DNA of 63,796 nucleotides, counting the filler, from an uncultured bacterium (lineage in GTDB: Bacteria; CAZDME01; JAYEMH01), in NCBI GenBank assembly GCA_964506785.1. It is 5 parts of 5 records of this genome, joined end to end, with 100 filler letters (N's around TTAATTAATTAA, not from the genome) between each part and the next. Parts side by side here need not be neighbours in the genome. Positions count along the whole stretch, not along the records: positions 1 to 13,983 come from CAZDME010000037.1; positions 14,084 to 27,950 come from CAZDME010000038.1; 3 more parts are not named here. The stretch is one strand, 5' to 3'. The notes under the pieces are model-generated. The model was given only the letters and a program-made list of their open reading frames with translations, was not told where the DNA came from and searched no databases. Positions 10,237-19,639 of the stretch are shown here, piece after piece. The number at the start of each line of letters is the position of its first letter. The first letter of the stretch is position 1. A program made the position numbers and the translations under genes.

Positions 10237-10701
10237 ATGACGAAAAAAATTTTTATCTGGATAACAGCCGGGATGCTTTGTTTGATGTTTCTTCCTTTTG
10301 GCTGCGCCAAGAGGGGAAAAGAAGAAAAGGTAGTGGCAAAAATAAATGATTATGAGATGACCGTTGCCGACCTTGAGGATGAAATTACTTATTCTCCATA
10401 CGCCGGCCTCAAAGAGCAGAACCTGGATGAGATACTTGATTTGGCCATTAGAAAGCAAATTTTGATTCAAGAAGCCCAAAGACAGGGGTTAGATAAGCAA
10501 AAAAGTTTTATGAGGACTATCGAACGCTATTGGCAGCAAACTTTAATCAAAGAGTTATTGGAAAAAGAAACAAAAAGAGTTTTTAATAGCGTCGCTAAAG
10601 AGAGGCAAAAAGAAGCCCTGAATGATTGGATGGAGGGGCTTTATAAAAAGGCGAAGATAAAGATAGATAAAAAGGTGCTGGAGGAAATGGAAGAGAGGTA
10701 G
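10237..10701 (+). CDS. SurA-N/EpsD-like chaperone lipoprotein lacking the PPIase domain
   Basis: Lipobox-like PFGC; VVAKIN, LIQEAQRQGLD, LYKKAKIKID. Confidence 0.65.
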   Translation: MTKKIFIWITAGMLCLMFLPFGCAKRGKEEKVVAKINDYEMTVADLEDEITYSPYAGLKEQNLDEILDLAIRKQILIQEAQRQGLDKQKSFMRTIERYWQQTLIKELLEKETKRVFNSVAKERQKEALNDWMEGLYKKAKIKIDKKVLEEMEER

Positions 10702-10720
10702 CGCTTGGCTTCCGCCAAAA

Positions 10721-10765
10721 AGTGTCAGAGCGTCAAAGTATCAAAGTGTCAAAGTATCAGAGTGT
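10721..10765 (+). repeat. Octamer tandem array (consensus AGTRTCAR), about 5.5 copies
   Basis: AGTGTCAG AGCGTCAA AGTATCAA AGTGTCAA AGTATCAG AGTGT. Confidence 0.85.
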
Positions 10766-10817
10766 TCTGCAAAGAAGACAAACGAGATAAGGGAATAACG
10801 AAATCAGGAGGAGAAAA

Positions 10818-11387
10818 ATGATGAAACAGAAAAATAGAAGGAAAAACTATTTTATTAAAAAGAAGTTTCAGGGTAACTTTATTTTCAGGTTTTCTTTCCT
10901 TTTAATTTTAGGATTGGTCCTCTCGGGAACTATCCTTTATCTTTTTTCCCGAGGGACTCTGACGACCACCTTTGTTAATTCCCGTCTTTCGATAGTTAAC
11001 ACGGCCGATTATATCCTGCCGGGCCTATTGGGTTCAAGTTTGATAACCATCGTTTTAGTCAGCCTGGCCACGGCAGTGGTGATAATGTATCTTTCGCACC
11101 GGATTGCCGGGCCGTTATATAAGGTGGAAAGAAGCGCTCAGGGAATCGGCGCCGGTGATTTAACTTTGAAAATCAGGCTGCGTTCAACCGATGAAATGGC
11201 AAAACTGGCCGATTGTTTTAACCAAATGACGGAAGATTTAAAAAAGCATCTTTTAGAAATAAAGACCAAATCGGAAGATTTAGGAAAATACCTGACGGCC
11301 CTCAAAGAAAAAGATACCGCCAAAGAGCTTTTAGAGAAAAAGAGGCAGTTGGATAGCGCTATCGATTATTTTAAAGTAGGAGCATAG
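10818..11387 (+). CDS. Two-TM HAMP-domain protein
   Basis: RBS AGGAG; SHRIAGPL..V, GDLT..I.LR..DE...LA..FNQM. Confidence 0.85.
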   Translation: MMKQKNRRKNYFIKKKFQGNFIFRFSFLLILGLVLSGTILYLFSRGTLTTTFVNSRLSIVNTADYILPGLLGSSLITIVLVSLATAVVIMYLSHRIAGPLYKVERSAQGIGAGDLTLKIRLRSTDEMAKLADCFNQMTEDLKKHLLEIKTKSEDLGKYLTALKEKDTAKELLEKKRQLDSAIDYFKVGA

Positions 11388-11436
11388 TTGGCTGATGGTT
11401 CGAATTGGCTCTTGGCGCATAGCTTATGGCTGATAG
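11388..11436 (+). repeat. Degenerate heptamer array (consensus ATRGCTS)
   Basis: TTGGCTG ATGGTTC ... TTGGCTC TTGGCGC ATAGCTT ATGGCTG ATAG. Confidence 0.6.
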
Positions 11437-11443
11437 GAAAATA

Positions 11444-12013
11444 ATGAAAGGTAAAATTTATATTATCTTATTCCTCCTGATATTACTTTTCCCATTTCCG
11501 GCGGATGCCCAACTTGATAATGGGGTAAATGAGGAATGGATGAAGATTGAGTCAAAATATTGCACTATTTTTTGTCATCCCGACGTTAACCTGGGAAGGG
11601 TTAATAGAAAAATCCGAATCAGATTTTATGACCTTGATTGCAGCCGTAATTTCGCCAATTATGAAAGTGAGGAAAAACAGTTGGCAGAGAAGTTTGACTG
11701 TATATTCCAAAAGGCAGAAAAGATTTTAGATATGTATCCGCGGAAGATTCACCTGATGGTTAAAATTTTTAAAAACCAGGCCCAGTTAGATAGAGCTTAT
11801 AAGAAAACCTTTGGGCAGGAAAATGATACCCAAAGGATTTCATATTATGTGCATAAATATACAACCATTTATACGACCCAATCGGCTATCCGGCAGGGTG
11901 TCCTGGCACATGAAATTGGTCATGCGGTTTCTGACCATTATTTTTTAATATTACCTCCGGTAAAAATTAAGGAACTTTTAGCCCAATATGTTGAAATTCA
12001 CCTGGAGGAATGA
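11444..12013 (+). CDS. Secreted HExxH zinc-metallopeptidase-like protein
   Basis: Signal peptide ending PADA; LAHEIGH with a downstream Glu (ELLAQY). Confidence 0.7.
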   Translation: MKGKIYIILFLLILLFPFPADAQLDNGVNEEWMKIESKYCTIFCHPDVNLGRVNRKIRIRFYDLDCSRNFANYESEEKQLAEKFDCIFQKAEKILDMYPRKIHLMVKIFKNQAQLDRAYKKTFGQENDTQRISYYVHKYTTIYTTQSAIRQGVLAHEIGHAVSDHYFLILPPVKIKELLAQYVEIHLEE

Positions 12014-12026
12014 AAAATAAATAAAC

Positions 12027-12055
12027 TTGACAAGCCATTTAGTCTGTGATATCTA
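12027..12055 (+). promoter_or_regulatory. Sigma-70-type promoter candidate
   Basis: TTGACA, 17-nt spacer, then TG-A-TATCTA (imperfect -10). Confidence 0.45.
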
Positions 12056-12099
12056 CTAATTACGGTTTAAGTTTGTCAGTTGAAAAGGAGAGGTGGTAT

Positions 12100-12756
12100 A
12101 TGAAGACACTGAAATACACTTTAGTTATTTTGGCAATAAACATTCTGGTTTTCCCCAGTATAATGAAGGCGGAAATACGAGAAGATATCGCTCTAGGGGA
12201 GGATATGACTGTAGCCCAGTTTGCCGGTATCATGGTTGACTTGTTAGACCTTGAGAGGCCAAGTGGAAGCGAAACTCTTCCTGAAGCCGAGCTTTTTGAA
12301 GTTGAGACAAATATGCTGGCCGAAAGAGGCATTTCGACATTTTTAGAGTTAAAACCAGAGGAATTGGTTACCTGCAGTATCTTTGTCAATGTGCTTTACG
12401 ATGCCTTGCTGGGTCCGAACGAAGACACAACCGAGGAAAAAGTTGCTTATTTATCTGACCGGGGATATATGGATCGCTGTGTTCCGGGTGAGATTTTATT
12501 GGCCAGGACGATAATTACGGTTTTGAATATTCCGGCTTTGACAAAAGCAATTGCCGAAGCCTATGGGGCACCAGGCGGCGCCGGATTTAAAGGAATTAGT
12601 CTGGCACCTTCAAATCCTGCCCCAGAATCAATTGTGCCAACGGGACCCGTATTTAGCGCACCACCGCCGCCACCAGCTGGTCCGGGACCGACGCCGACCG
12701 CAACACCTCCAACGACACCCACGCCACCGCCGGCACCGCCAGCCAGTCCAATTTAA
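12100..12756 (+). CDS. Secreted protein with degenerate SLH-like helices and a Pro/Thr-rich tail ending PASPI
   Basis: Strong RBS (AAGGAGAGG) before ATG 12100; signal peptide; MTVAQFA..M..LL and VTCSIF..VL..AL segments; P/T-rich C-terminus. Confidence 0.75.
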   Translation: MKTLKYTLVILAINILVFPSIMKAEIREDIALGEDMTVAQFAGIMVDLLDLERPSGSETLPEAELFEVETNMLAERGISTFLELKPEELVTCSIFVNVLYDALLGPNEDTTEEKVAYLSDRGYMDRCVPGEILLARTIITVLNIPALTKAIAEAYGAPGGAGFKGISLAPSNPAPESIVPTGPVFSAPPPPPAGPGPTPTATPPTTPTPPPAPPASPI

Positions 12757-12784
12757 TAGCGGAACAAGCAAAATTAAGAATAAT

Positions 12785-12816
12785 AAAACCCCATAAAAAT
12801 TTATGGGGTTTTTTTT
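12785..12816 (+). terminator. Rho-independent terminator
   Basis: AAAACCCCATAAA-AA-TTTATGGGGTTTT followed by a T-run. Confidence 0.85.
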
Positions 12817-12851
12817 AGGGATTGTCCAGAAAAATACTCAGTAAATATGTC

Positions 12852-12880
12852 TTGTAATTTAGTTATAACTAAACTATGAT
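12852..12880 (+). promoter_or_regulatory. Promoter with a perfect 16-bp palindromic operator in the spacer
   Basis: TTGTAA (12852-57), 17 nt, TATGAT (12875-80). The spacer contains TTTAGTTATAACTAAA (12858-73). Confidence 0.75.
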
Positions 12881-12888
12881 ACATTATT

Positions 12889-13674
12889 ATGGAACCGGCA
12901 GTTTATAGTCCTTTACAACTGAGAGAGCTTTTCCATCTGGAATTTTTAAGGTGGTTTGGCCGAAAAGTTAAGGCGCAATTTTATGCTATCAAAGGCGGAG
13001 CAAATTTACGGTTTTTTTACAAAAGTTTTCGATATTCAGAAAATATGGATTTGGATATTCAGGGGGTGACGGTAAGTGTTCTGAAAGAGACAGTTATGAA
13101 AATACTGCAGGCTTTGTCTTTTCAGGATGCCTTTAAGCCATTTGGTATAGAAAAGGCGGTGCCGCCAGAAATCAAACGGGCAAAACAAACGGAAACGACT
13201 CAAAGATTTAAAATTCATTTAATAACTTTTGCAGGAGAAGACCTTTTTACCAAGATTGAATTTTCGCGCCGAGGATTTAAAGGGGAAATTATTGTTCAAC
13301 CGGTTTCATCAGTTATCTTAAGGGCATACAAGCTGCCGCCTTTATTAGTTCCTCATTACGATATTCAATCAGCAATTATGCAGAAAATAGGAGCACTTAC
13401 TGCCAGGACAATAATTCAGGCAAGGGATATTTTCGACTTATATATTTTAAGTTCGCAGTATAAGCCTCTTAAAGAAAAAAAGATAAAGATGAGTAAAGCT
13501 TTAGCCAAAGCGGGTGAAAATATTTTTGAAATTAGTTTTGAGCAGTTTCAGGATGCAGTTATGTCTTATTTCTCCTTAGATGACCAGAGTGTATATAATT
13601 CGTCAACAGCCTGGGATGAAATCAAGTTAAAGGTAGCTAATTTTATTGATGACTTACGGAGAGAATATGCCTAA
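12889..13674 (+). CDS. AbiEii/AbiGii-family nucleotidyltransferase toxin (type IV TA)
   Basis: IKGGANL, RYSENMDLD, QKI.AL..R...QARD.FDLY. Confidence 0.85.
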   Translation: MEPAVYSPLQLRELFHLEFLRWFGRKVKAQFYAIKGGANLRFFYKSFRYSENMDLDIQGVTVSVLKETVMKILQALSFQDAFKPFGIEKAVPPEIKRAKQTETTQRFKIHLITFAGEDLFTKIEFSRRGFKGEIIVQPVSSVILRAYKLPPLLVPHYDIQSAIMQKIGALTARTIIQARDIFDLYILSSQYKPLKEKKIKMSKALAKAGENIFEISFEQFQDAVMSYFSLDDQSVYNSSTAWDEIKLKVANFIDDLRREYA

Positions 13675-13983
13675 AGGCTCTATTTTGGTATTTATTAAAA
13701 AGCTGGAGCGGCCGGTATTTACCACACATGAATTAGCCTCTTTTTCAGGGAAGTCTCTTTCGGCGACAACCCAGGCACTTACTTTTCTTGAAAAAGAAGG
13801 GCTAATTTTAAAGATTTACCGGGGTATCTGGGCTGAAAGAGGGAATAAACGTTTGAATGCCTATAGCGTGATTCCTTTTTTATTCCCCAAGCATCGCGCC
13901 TATGTTTCTTTTATAAGCGCCCTGCATTTGTATGGAATAATTGAACAGATCCCCCAGATGGTTACGCTTGCCTCAACCGCTCA
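13667..13983 (+). CDS. AbiEi-family antitoxin, 3'-truncated by contig end
   Basis: wHTH (VFTTHELA..., LEKEG.I.KI.RGIW) and AYVSFISALHLYGIIEQIP. Confidence 0.85.
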
Positions 13984-14083
13984 NNNNNNNNNNNNNNNNN
14001 NNNNNNNNNNNNNNNNNNNNNNNNNNNTTAATTAATTAANNNNNNNNNNNNNNNNNNNNNNNNNNNNNNNNNNNNNNNNNNNN
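13984..14083. other. Artificial contig-join spacer
   Basis: N-run + TTAATTAATTAA (stops in all six frames) + N-run, 100 nt. Confidence 0.97.
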
Positions 14084-15093
14084 CCCACTAAGGGAATTAT
14101 CTTTGCTCCTTCATAATAATTTGGAGTTGAAAAAAATCGGAGAATAGGCTCCCGTAATATTGACATTCCAATTACCGCCGGGATGCATAAAATCAGAAAA
14201 TATCGTGTTCCTGAGGCGACAAATTCCTTGCTTATTTTCTCGCCTTGATTTTCCCAGATGATTATTGAAAGCGGATTAAATGCCAGCGCAAACAAAGAAG
14301 TGATAAACAATATGCTGTTCTGCGAAATGGCATAGCTGATTGAATAAATACCGACCTCTTTTGCTTCTCGAAAGAATTCGAGCATATAGCGGTCGGAAAG
14401 GCTCAAAATCCAGGCGGCTAAACTGCCGATTACTAAGGGAAAACTATACTTTGCCATTTCCAGCGCCGATTCATAGGGAATACCCTTATTTATTTTCCTT
14501 ATTTTCCCTACCGCCATCTTCCAAAGAAAAGGCAAAGCCAAACCGGCGCTTAAAACGATTCCCCAGAGTAATCCCCCTAATCCAAAATGAAAAAAGACGA
14601 TAAGTGATATGCCAAAAATAAAGCCGGCCAGCCTTATCCAGATAGAAAAACCGCTATACCAGTTTATCTGGCGCCTTATTTTTAGAAAATTTAATAATAT
14701 GGTGAAAAGAGAGCTGAAAATATAGACAATTATTCCGATTTCAAGAAGATTAAAAAGATTCTCCGGGATTCGTTTCTTTAGAAAAACGATAGCGCTTAAG
14801 AAAATTAAAGATGTTACAAAAAGGGTCAAAAAAGTCAGCTTTAGTATCAACGCGGAAAATTCTTCTCTTTTCCCTTTTTTCTCGTAAGCGGGGTAAAACC
14901 TTGAAATTGAAAGGCCAACCCAGCCGCCAACTATGGTTAAAATAGAAACAACCCCTATCGCCAGAACATAACTTCCATAATCAGACGGAGGAAATAAACG
15001 GGTAAGAATAGGCAGGCTTATCACCGTCACTATGGAGGGAATAATTTTTGCCGGAAAATACTGTCCTATATCCTTAAAAAGTTTTCTAATCAT
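14084..15093 (-). CDS. Wzx/MOP oligosaccharide flippase, 3'-truncated
   Basis: LPILTRLF.P.DYG, SDRYML, EVGIYS; many TMs. ATG at 15093. Confidence 0.88.
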
Positions 15094-15103
15094 AGTGAAT
15101 AGT

Positions 15104-15132
15104 AAAAAAAACAACCCTCCTTGAGAGTTGCC
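15104..15132 (-). terminator. Rho-independent terminator after rpoD
   Basis: Minus strand GGCAACTCTC-AAG-GAGGGTTGTT followed by a T-run. Confidence 0.7.
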
Positions 15133-15192
15133 GTTAAAGCTCTTCTATTCTTAAGGTTTCTTTACTGGGAATTGTTTTGGCTGAATTTGCCG

Positions 15193-16917
15193 CTACAGAA
15201 ATTCTTTGAGTCTTTTACTGCGGGTCGGGTGGCGCAGTTTTTTTAGGGCCTTTACTTCTATCTGTCTTACTCTTTCCCGGGTAACCTTGAAAATATCTCC
15301 GACTTCCTCCAATGTCCGGGGATAGCCGTCACCGATTCCAAAACGCAGCCGCAGGACTTTTTCTTCCTTTTCCGTCAGGGTAGTCAAAATCTTCTGCATT
15401 TGATCCTGGAGCATCTGCGAAGCCGTTGCCCAGGCCGGAGAAATAGCTGATTCATCTTCGATAAAATCGCCAAAATGAGTGTCGCCTTCTTTACCGATCG
15501 GCGTTTCTAAAGATATGGGGTGCTGGGCAATTTTCAAAATACCCCTGACTTTCTCTGCGGTAATATCCATCTTCTTAGCTGTTTCTTCTGAAGTAGGATT
15601 GCGGCCCAATTTCTGCACCAGATGTTTTGAAGCCCGGGAAATTTTATTCATTGTTTCAATCATATGAACCGGAATGCGAATGGTTCTCGCCTGGTCAGCA
15701 ATGGCCCGGGTAATCGCCTGGCGGATCCACCAGGTGGCATAAGTAGAAAATTTAAAGCCTTTTTTGTATTCAAATTTATCTACCGCCTTCATCAAACCGA
15801 TGTTCCCTTCCTGGATAAGGTCTAAAAAAGTTAATCCCCGGTTAACATATTTTTTGGCAATACTTACTACTAAACGCAGATTAGCTTCGACTAAATCCCG
15901 TTTGGCTCTGATAACGGCAAATTCCTTTGTTCTTACTTCTTTAGCCTGTTTTCTAAATTTGTCTAAGGGCGTTTTTAAATCTAATTCAACCCGGCGTAAC
16001 TTCCGAGCGTGTACGGAAAACACTTTATTCAATTCGTGGAATTGCTTGATATCTATTTTGTATCTCCGCTTGATTATCTTCCGGGTAATCTTCCTTTTTT
16101 TAAGCTGTTCCGTCAAAAAAATAAATTCTTTGGGGGTAAGCTTCCGTTCTTTAAATATTCTGGCAAATTGTTTTTCTTCCTTTTGTATTCTAAATTCCTG
16201 CAGGCCGATTTTTACGACAATCCGATTAATGTGATACTGCCTTAGCTTAAACTGATTTATAATTTCAATCGCTTTTGAATGCCAGTCATCGAAATAATGC
16301 TCATAGCGGATTCTATCTTCCTGCGACAATCTTTTACGGGAAAGTTTTTTCTGATAAAAAAGCATTTGCCTTTCCGCCGATTTTACCTGTTGCAATAATT
16401 TTGGAAGATTCCGTAAAAATTTTCTCTTTGCCTTTGGGGTTTCAATTTTGCAATATTCTTCTAAATTGATTTTTTTCTTTACAATCTTCTCTCCTAATGA
16501 TTTTACCTCTTTAATGGATAGATTCGTGCCGACTACTGCCTGCCGAAGACTCTCTTCTGCGTCTTCAATTTTTTTAGCTAAATTTATTTCCTGATCCCTG
16601 GTTAGAAGAGGGATACGCCCCATTTGCCTGAGATAAATCTTTACCGGATCCTCAACCGCCGGAACTTCGCCAATAAGCTTCTCCGGCAGCAGCTCTATTT
16701 TTTTTCTTCCTTCCAAAACAACCGAATCTACTACTTCAATATTAAGACTGTCTAACATCATTAAGATGTTATCCATCTCATCGGATGAACTAATCTCTTC
16801 GGGAAGCAAATTATTGACTTCTTCGTAAGTCAGATGTCCTTTCTGCTTGCCTAAAGAGATAAGTTTTTTTATCTCTTCGCCTTTCCTGCTGATATTTTTT
16901 TTTGTCCGTTTCTTCAT
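15193..16917 (-). CDS. rpoD: RNA polymerase primary sigma factor
   Basis: Region 1.1, [50 protein letters not shown]. Confidence 0.98.
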   Translation of the reverse strand: MKKRTKKNISRKGEEIKKLISLGKQKGHLTYEEVNNLLPEEISSSDEMDNILMMLDSLNIEVVDSVVLEGRKKIELLPEKLIGEVPAVEDPVKIYLRQMGRIPLLTRDQEINLAKKIEDAEESLRQAVVGTNLSIKEVKSLGEKIVKKKINLEEYCKIETPKAKRKFLRNLPKLLQQVKSAERQMLFYQKKLSRKRLSQEDRIRYEHYFDDWHSKAIEIINQFKLRQYHINRIVVKIGLQEFRIQKEEKQFARIFKERKLTPKEFIFLTEQLKKRKITRKIIKRRYKIDIKQFHELNKVFSVHARKLRRVELDLKTPLDKFRKQAKEVRTKEFAVIRAKRDLVEANLRLVVSIAKKYVNRGLTFLDLIQEGNIGLMKAVDKFEYKKGFKFSTYATWWIRQAITRAIADQARTIRIPVHMIETMNKISRASKHLVQKLGRNPTSEETAKKMDITAEKVRGILKIAQHPISLETPIGKEGDTHFGDFIEDESAISPAWATASQMLQDQMQKILTTLTEKEEKVLRLRFGIGDGYPRTLEEVGDIFKVTRERVRQIEVKALKKLRHPTRSKRLKEFL

Positions 16918-16923
16918 TTACCT

Positions 16924-18678
16924 TTACCGTGCTTTGACAACATTCTGATATTCGCTGAGAAGCCTTCTTATAGTCTCATCTTCGCCCTTAGCTTCAGCCA
17001 GCTTTATCTCTTTTTCCAATTCCTTCTGTCGTTTCAATCTTTTTCTTTTCTTTATATACTCAAGGCAATCCCTTAGTGCCTTTGCTTCATCGTGAAAAAC
17101 AGTTTTATTTAAAATGATAAAAGTCAGGATATCGCGGGTTTTTTCCTCAGGGAGAAAATTAATCAGCGATTTGCTTGAAGGTAATTTATCATCCCGGCCA
17201 TAGCGCCAGATAAATTCGGCAATTTGCCGTAAATTACCGTCATAGAAATCGCTTGGTTCTATCTCTTTTTTAACCTCATCCAGGATATCTTCCTTTTCGA
17301 AAATTAACTTGATCAGGCTTCCTTCGGCATCAAGCGAAAAATTCGGAAAAACTCCCTCGGGAGCTGCCAGCGGTTTTCCTCTCTGGGAAAGCTTATTAAA
17401 CTCCTCCATTACATCGCTTTCTTCTATGTTGAGACGCTCTGATATCTGTTTAATCATCTCCCGCCTGGCAATGCTATTTTCAACCAATTTAACCCAGGGG
17501 AGCATTCCCTCGACAACAGCCACTTTACCGTTAAGATTTTTAACGTCGCACAGGTTCAGAAGCCTCTCCAGATTATATTCAAAAAATCCCTTGGCTTCAT
17601 TGACGGCGGCAAGAAAAGCCGCTTTTCCGTTCTTCCTGATAAATTCATCCGGATCAAACCCATCCTTCAATGACACAATCCGCACTTGAAGCTGCTCTCG
17701 AAGCAAAAGTTCTATTCCTCTCAAGGTGGCCGCTGTTCCGGCGGCATCCGGGTCATAAACCAGAATAACCTCTTTGGCCAACCTCCTGAGTGCGCGAACC
17801 TGCCCTTCGGTAAAAGAGGTGCCTGAAGAAGAAACTACATTGGTTATGCCGGCTTGATAAAGCGAGATAAAATCAAGATAGCCTTCCACGACTAAAGCGC
17901 TGCCGGACTTGCGGATATCGTCTTTAGCAAAATTAAGCCCATAAAGAACGGCGCTTTTTTTAAAAACAGGCGTCTCGGGTGAATTAAGATATTTTGGCTG
18001 GGTATCATCCAATACCCGCCCGCCAAAGGCAATCACCCGGCCGGTAACATCAAAAATAGGAAAGATAATTCTTTTCCGGAAATAATCGAAATATCCCTCT
18101 TCATTCATCCGGGGGGAAATTAAACCGGCTCTTTCTAAAAGGGATAAAGATATCTTTTTCTGCTGGGCCGCCAGACATAAACCGTCCCTTTTCAAAGGGG
18201 CATAGCCTAAACGCATCTTTTCTATGGTGCTTTTCCGAATCTGCCGTTTCTCTAAATATGACAGGGCAATTTGCCCTTCCCTCGTTTCTTTAAGGCAATG
18301 CGCAAAATAATGACTGGCCGTTTCATTGAGGTCTAAGATAGACCGGGCTAACCCGGAGTTCTGTCCGGAAGCAAAAAAACTCTTGGAGATGCTAATCCCT
18401 TTTTTCTCAGCCAGAACCTTTACCGATTCTCCAAAACTCATTTGATTATACTTCATTAAAAATGAGAAGATATTGCCGCCTACCCCGCAGCCAAAACAAT
18501 GAAAAATTTGCTTATCGGGGTTTACATAGAAAGAGGCGGTCTTTTCGCTATGGAAAGGGCAAAGGGCTTTAAAATTCCGGCCTGATTTTTTTAATTGAAC
18601 GTGGCCGGAGATAACCTCAACGATATCGTTTTGGTCCTGAATTTTTTGAATTAAATCATCGGGAATACGGCCACCCAT
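16924..18678 (-). CDS. dnaG: DNA primase
   Basis: CPFH zinc finger, HCFGC, KYLNSPET, VEGYLD, TOPRIM DPDAAG. Confidence 0.98.
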   Translation of the reverse strand: MGGRIPDDLIQKIQDQNDIVEVISGHVQLKKSGRNFKALCPFHSEKTASFYVNPDKQIFHCFGCGVGGNIFSFLMKYNQMSFGESVKVLAEKKGISISKSFFASGQNSGLARSILDLNETASHYFAHCLKETREGQIALSYLEKRQIRKSTIEKMRLGYAPLKRDGLCLAAQQKKISLSLLERAGLISPRMNEEGYFDYFRKRIIFPIFDVTGRVIAFGGRVLDDTQPKYLNSPETPVFKKSAVLYGLNFAKDDIRKSGSALVVEGYLDFISLYQAGITNVVSSSGTSFTEGQVRALRRLAKEVILVYDPDAAGTAATLRGIELLLREQLQVRIVSLKDGFDPDEFIRKNGKAAFLAAVNEAKGFFEYNLERLLNLCDVKNLNGKVAVVEGMLPWVKLVENSIARREMIKQISERLNIEESDVMEEFNKLSQRGKPLAAPEGVFPNFSLDAEGSLIKLIFEKEDILDEVKKEIEPSDFYDGNLRQIAEFIWRYGRDDKLPSSKSLINFLPEEKTRDILTFIILNKTVFHDEAKALRDCLEYIKKRKRLKRQKELEKEIKLAEAKGEDETIRRLLSEYQNVVKAR

Positions 18679-18679
18679 A

Positions 18680-19639
18680 TTACTTCCTTCTTATTCGTTC
18701 AAAGCCGGAACAATTTAAAATATTCAGTTTGCCTTTTTTCTCTATTTTATCTAAAATTAGATTCAGCCCAATTGAATCACTGGACATATGTCCGGCAATA
18801 ATCACATTAAGATGATTCTTTTCTGCCTCTTTGAGGTTTTCTTCTTTAATGTGCATACCTATAATAGTGCCTACTCCCGCTTCGACCAGTTTACTCATGG
18901 CCGTTTTAGGGCCGCCGGTGCCGCCGGTCATATCGACCAAAATTTTCCCCGCTTTATTCTCTGCGTTTCCAGAGACGATTTTTGGCTGGGCAAGATGATT
19001 TTTTATCTGCAGTTTATACTCTGGAAGTTCCTTTAAAACGGCAATAACATCCTTTAATTTGTCGCAGTGACGCTTTTTAAATATTTTCTGCAAAAATAAA
19101 GTAACCAGATTATCGGCCGGGGTATGAATACACATTAAAGGGACGTTTAAAAGCTGGGCGGCCGCTACGGTTCTCATGTGATTTACCGGGAGCAGCCCTC
19201 TTTCTACCTCTTTAATCCTTCCGCCCATTATACCCTCGGCGACATTAATCGGGACGCCAAATTTATGAAGAATATCGATTTGCACCGGCATCACTTCAGA
19301 TAAAGCGGCTAAGGCTTTCCCTTCGGGATGATGAGAGAGGACTAAATCAATCTTTTTTCCCTTCTTTTTTAAAATTTCGGCTAAAAGGAGCTCTCCTACC
19401 TCGATATCAATACCCACCATAAGATTCTTGACAACCGTTTTTTCCCCTCCATTTAAAATGCGGGTATCGCTAAAAGGGTTCCACAGTTTTTCTAAGTCAA
19501 AGGCATCCTTATCTTCTTTATCCATTTTTTCATATTTCTTTTTAAGTTCGGCTAATTCTTTCTTTACCTTTTCCTTGCCCCGGGGATCAGCCTCGATACC
19601 GGCTTCTACGGCTATTTGATAGATTTGTTTAATTTCCAT
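18680..19639 (-). CDS. NIF3 (NGG1p-interacting factor 3)-like dinuclear metal protein
   Basis: SHHPEG, HTPADN, GMHI, AGHMSSD. Confidence 0.85.
   Translation of the reverse strand: MEIKQIYQIAVEAGIEADPRGKEKVKKELAELKKKYEKMDKEDKDAFDLEKLWNPFSDTRILNGGEKTVVKNLMVGIDIEVGELLLAEILKKKGKKIDLVLSHHPEGKALAALSEVMPVQIDILHKFGVPINVAEGIMGGRIKEVERGLLPVNHMRTVAAAQLLNVPLMCIHTPADNLVTLFLQKIFKKRHCDKLKDVIAVLKELPEYKLQIKNHLAQPKIVSGNAENKAGKILVDMTGGTGGPKTAMSKLVEAGVGTIIGMHIKEENLKEAEKNHLNVIIAGHMSSDSIGLNLILDKIEKKGKLNILNCSGFERIRRK

Noticed and set aside
13984-15093. wzx appearing next to the contig-1 glycan cluster
   Set aside because: Separated by an artificial join, so linkage is unsupported.
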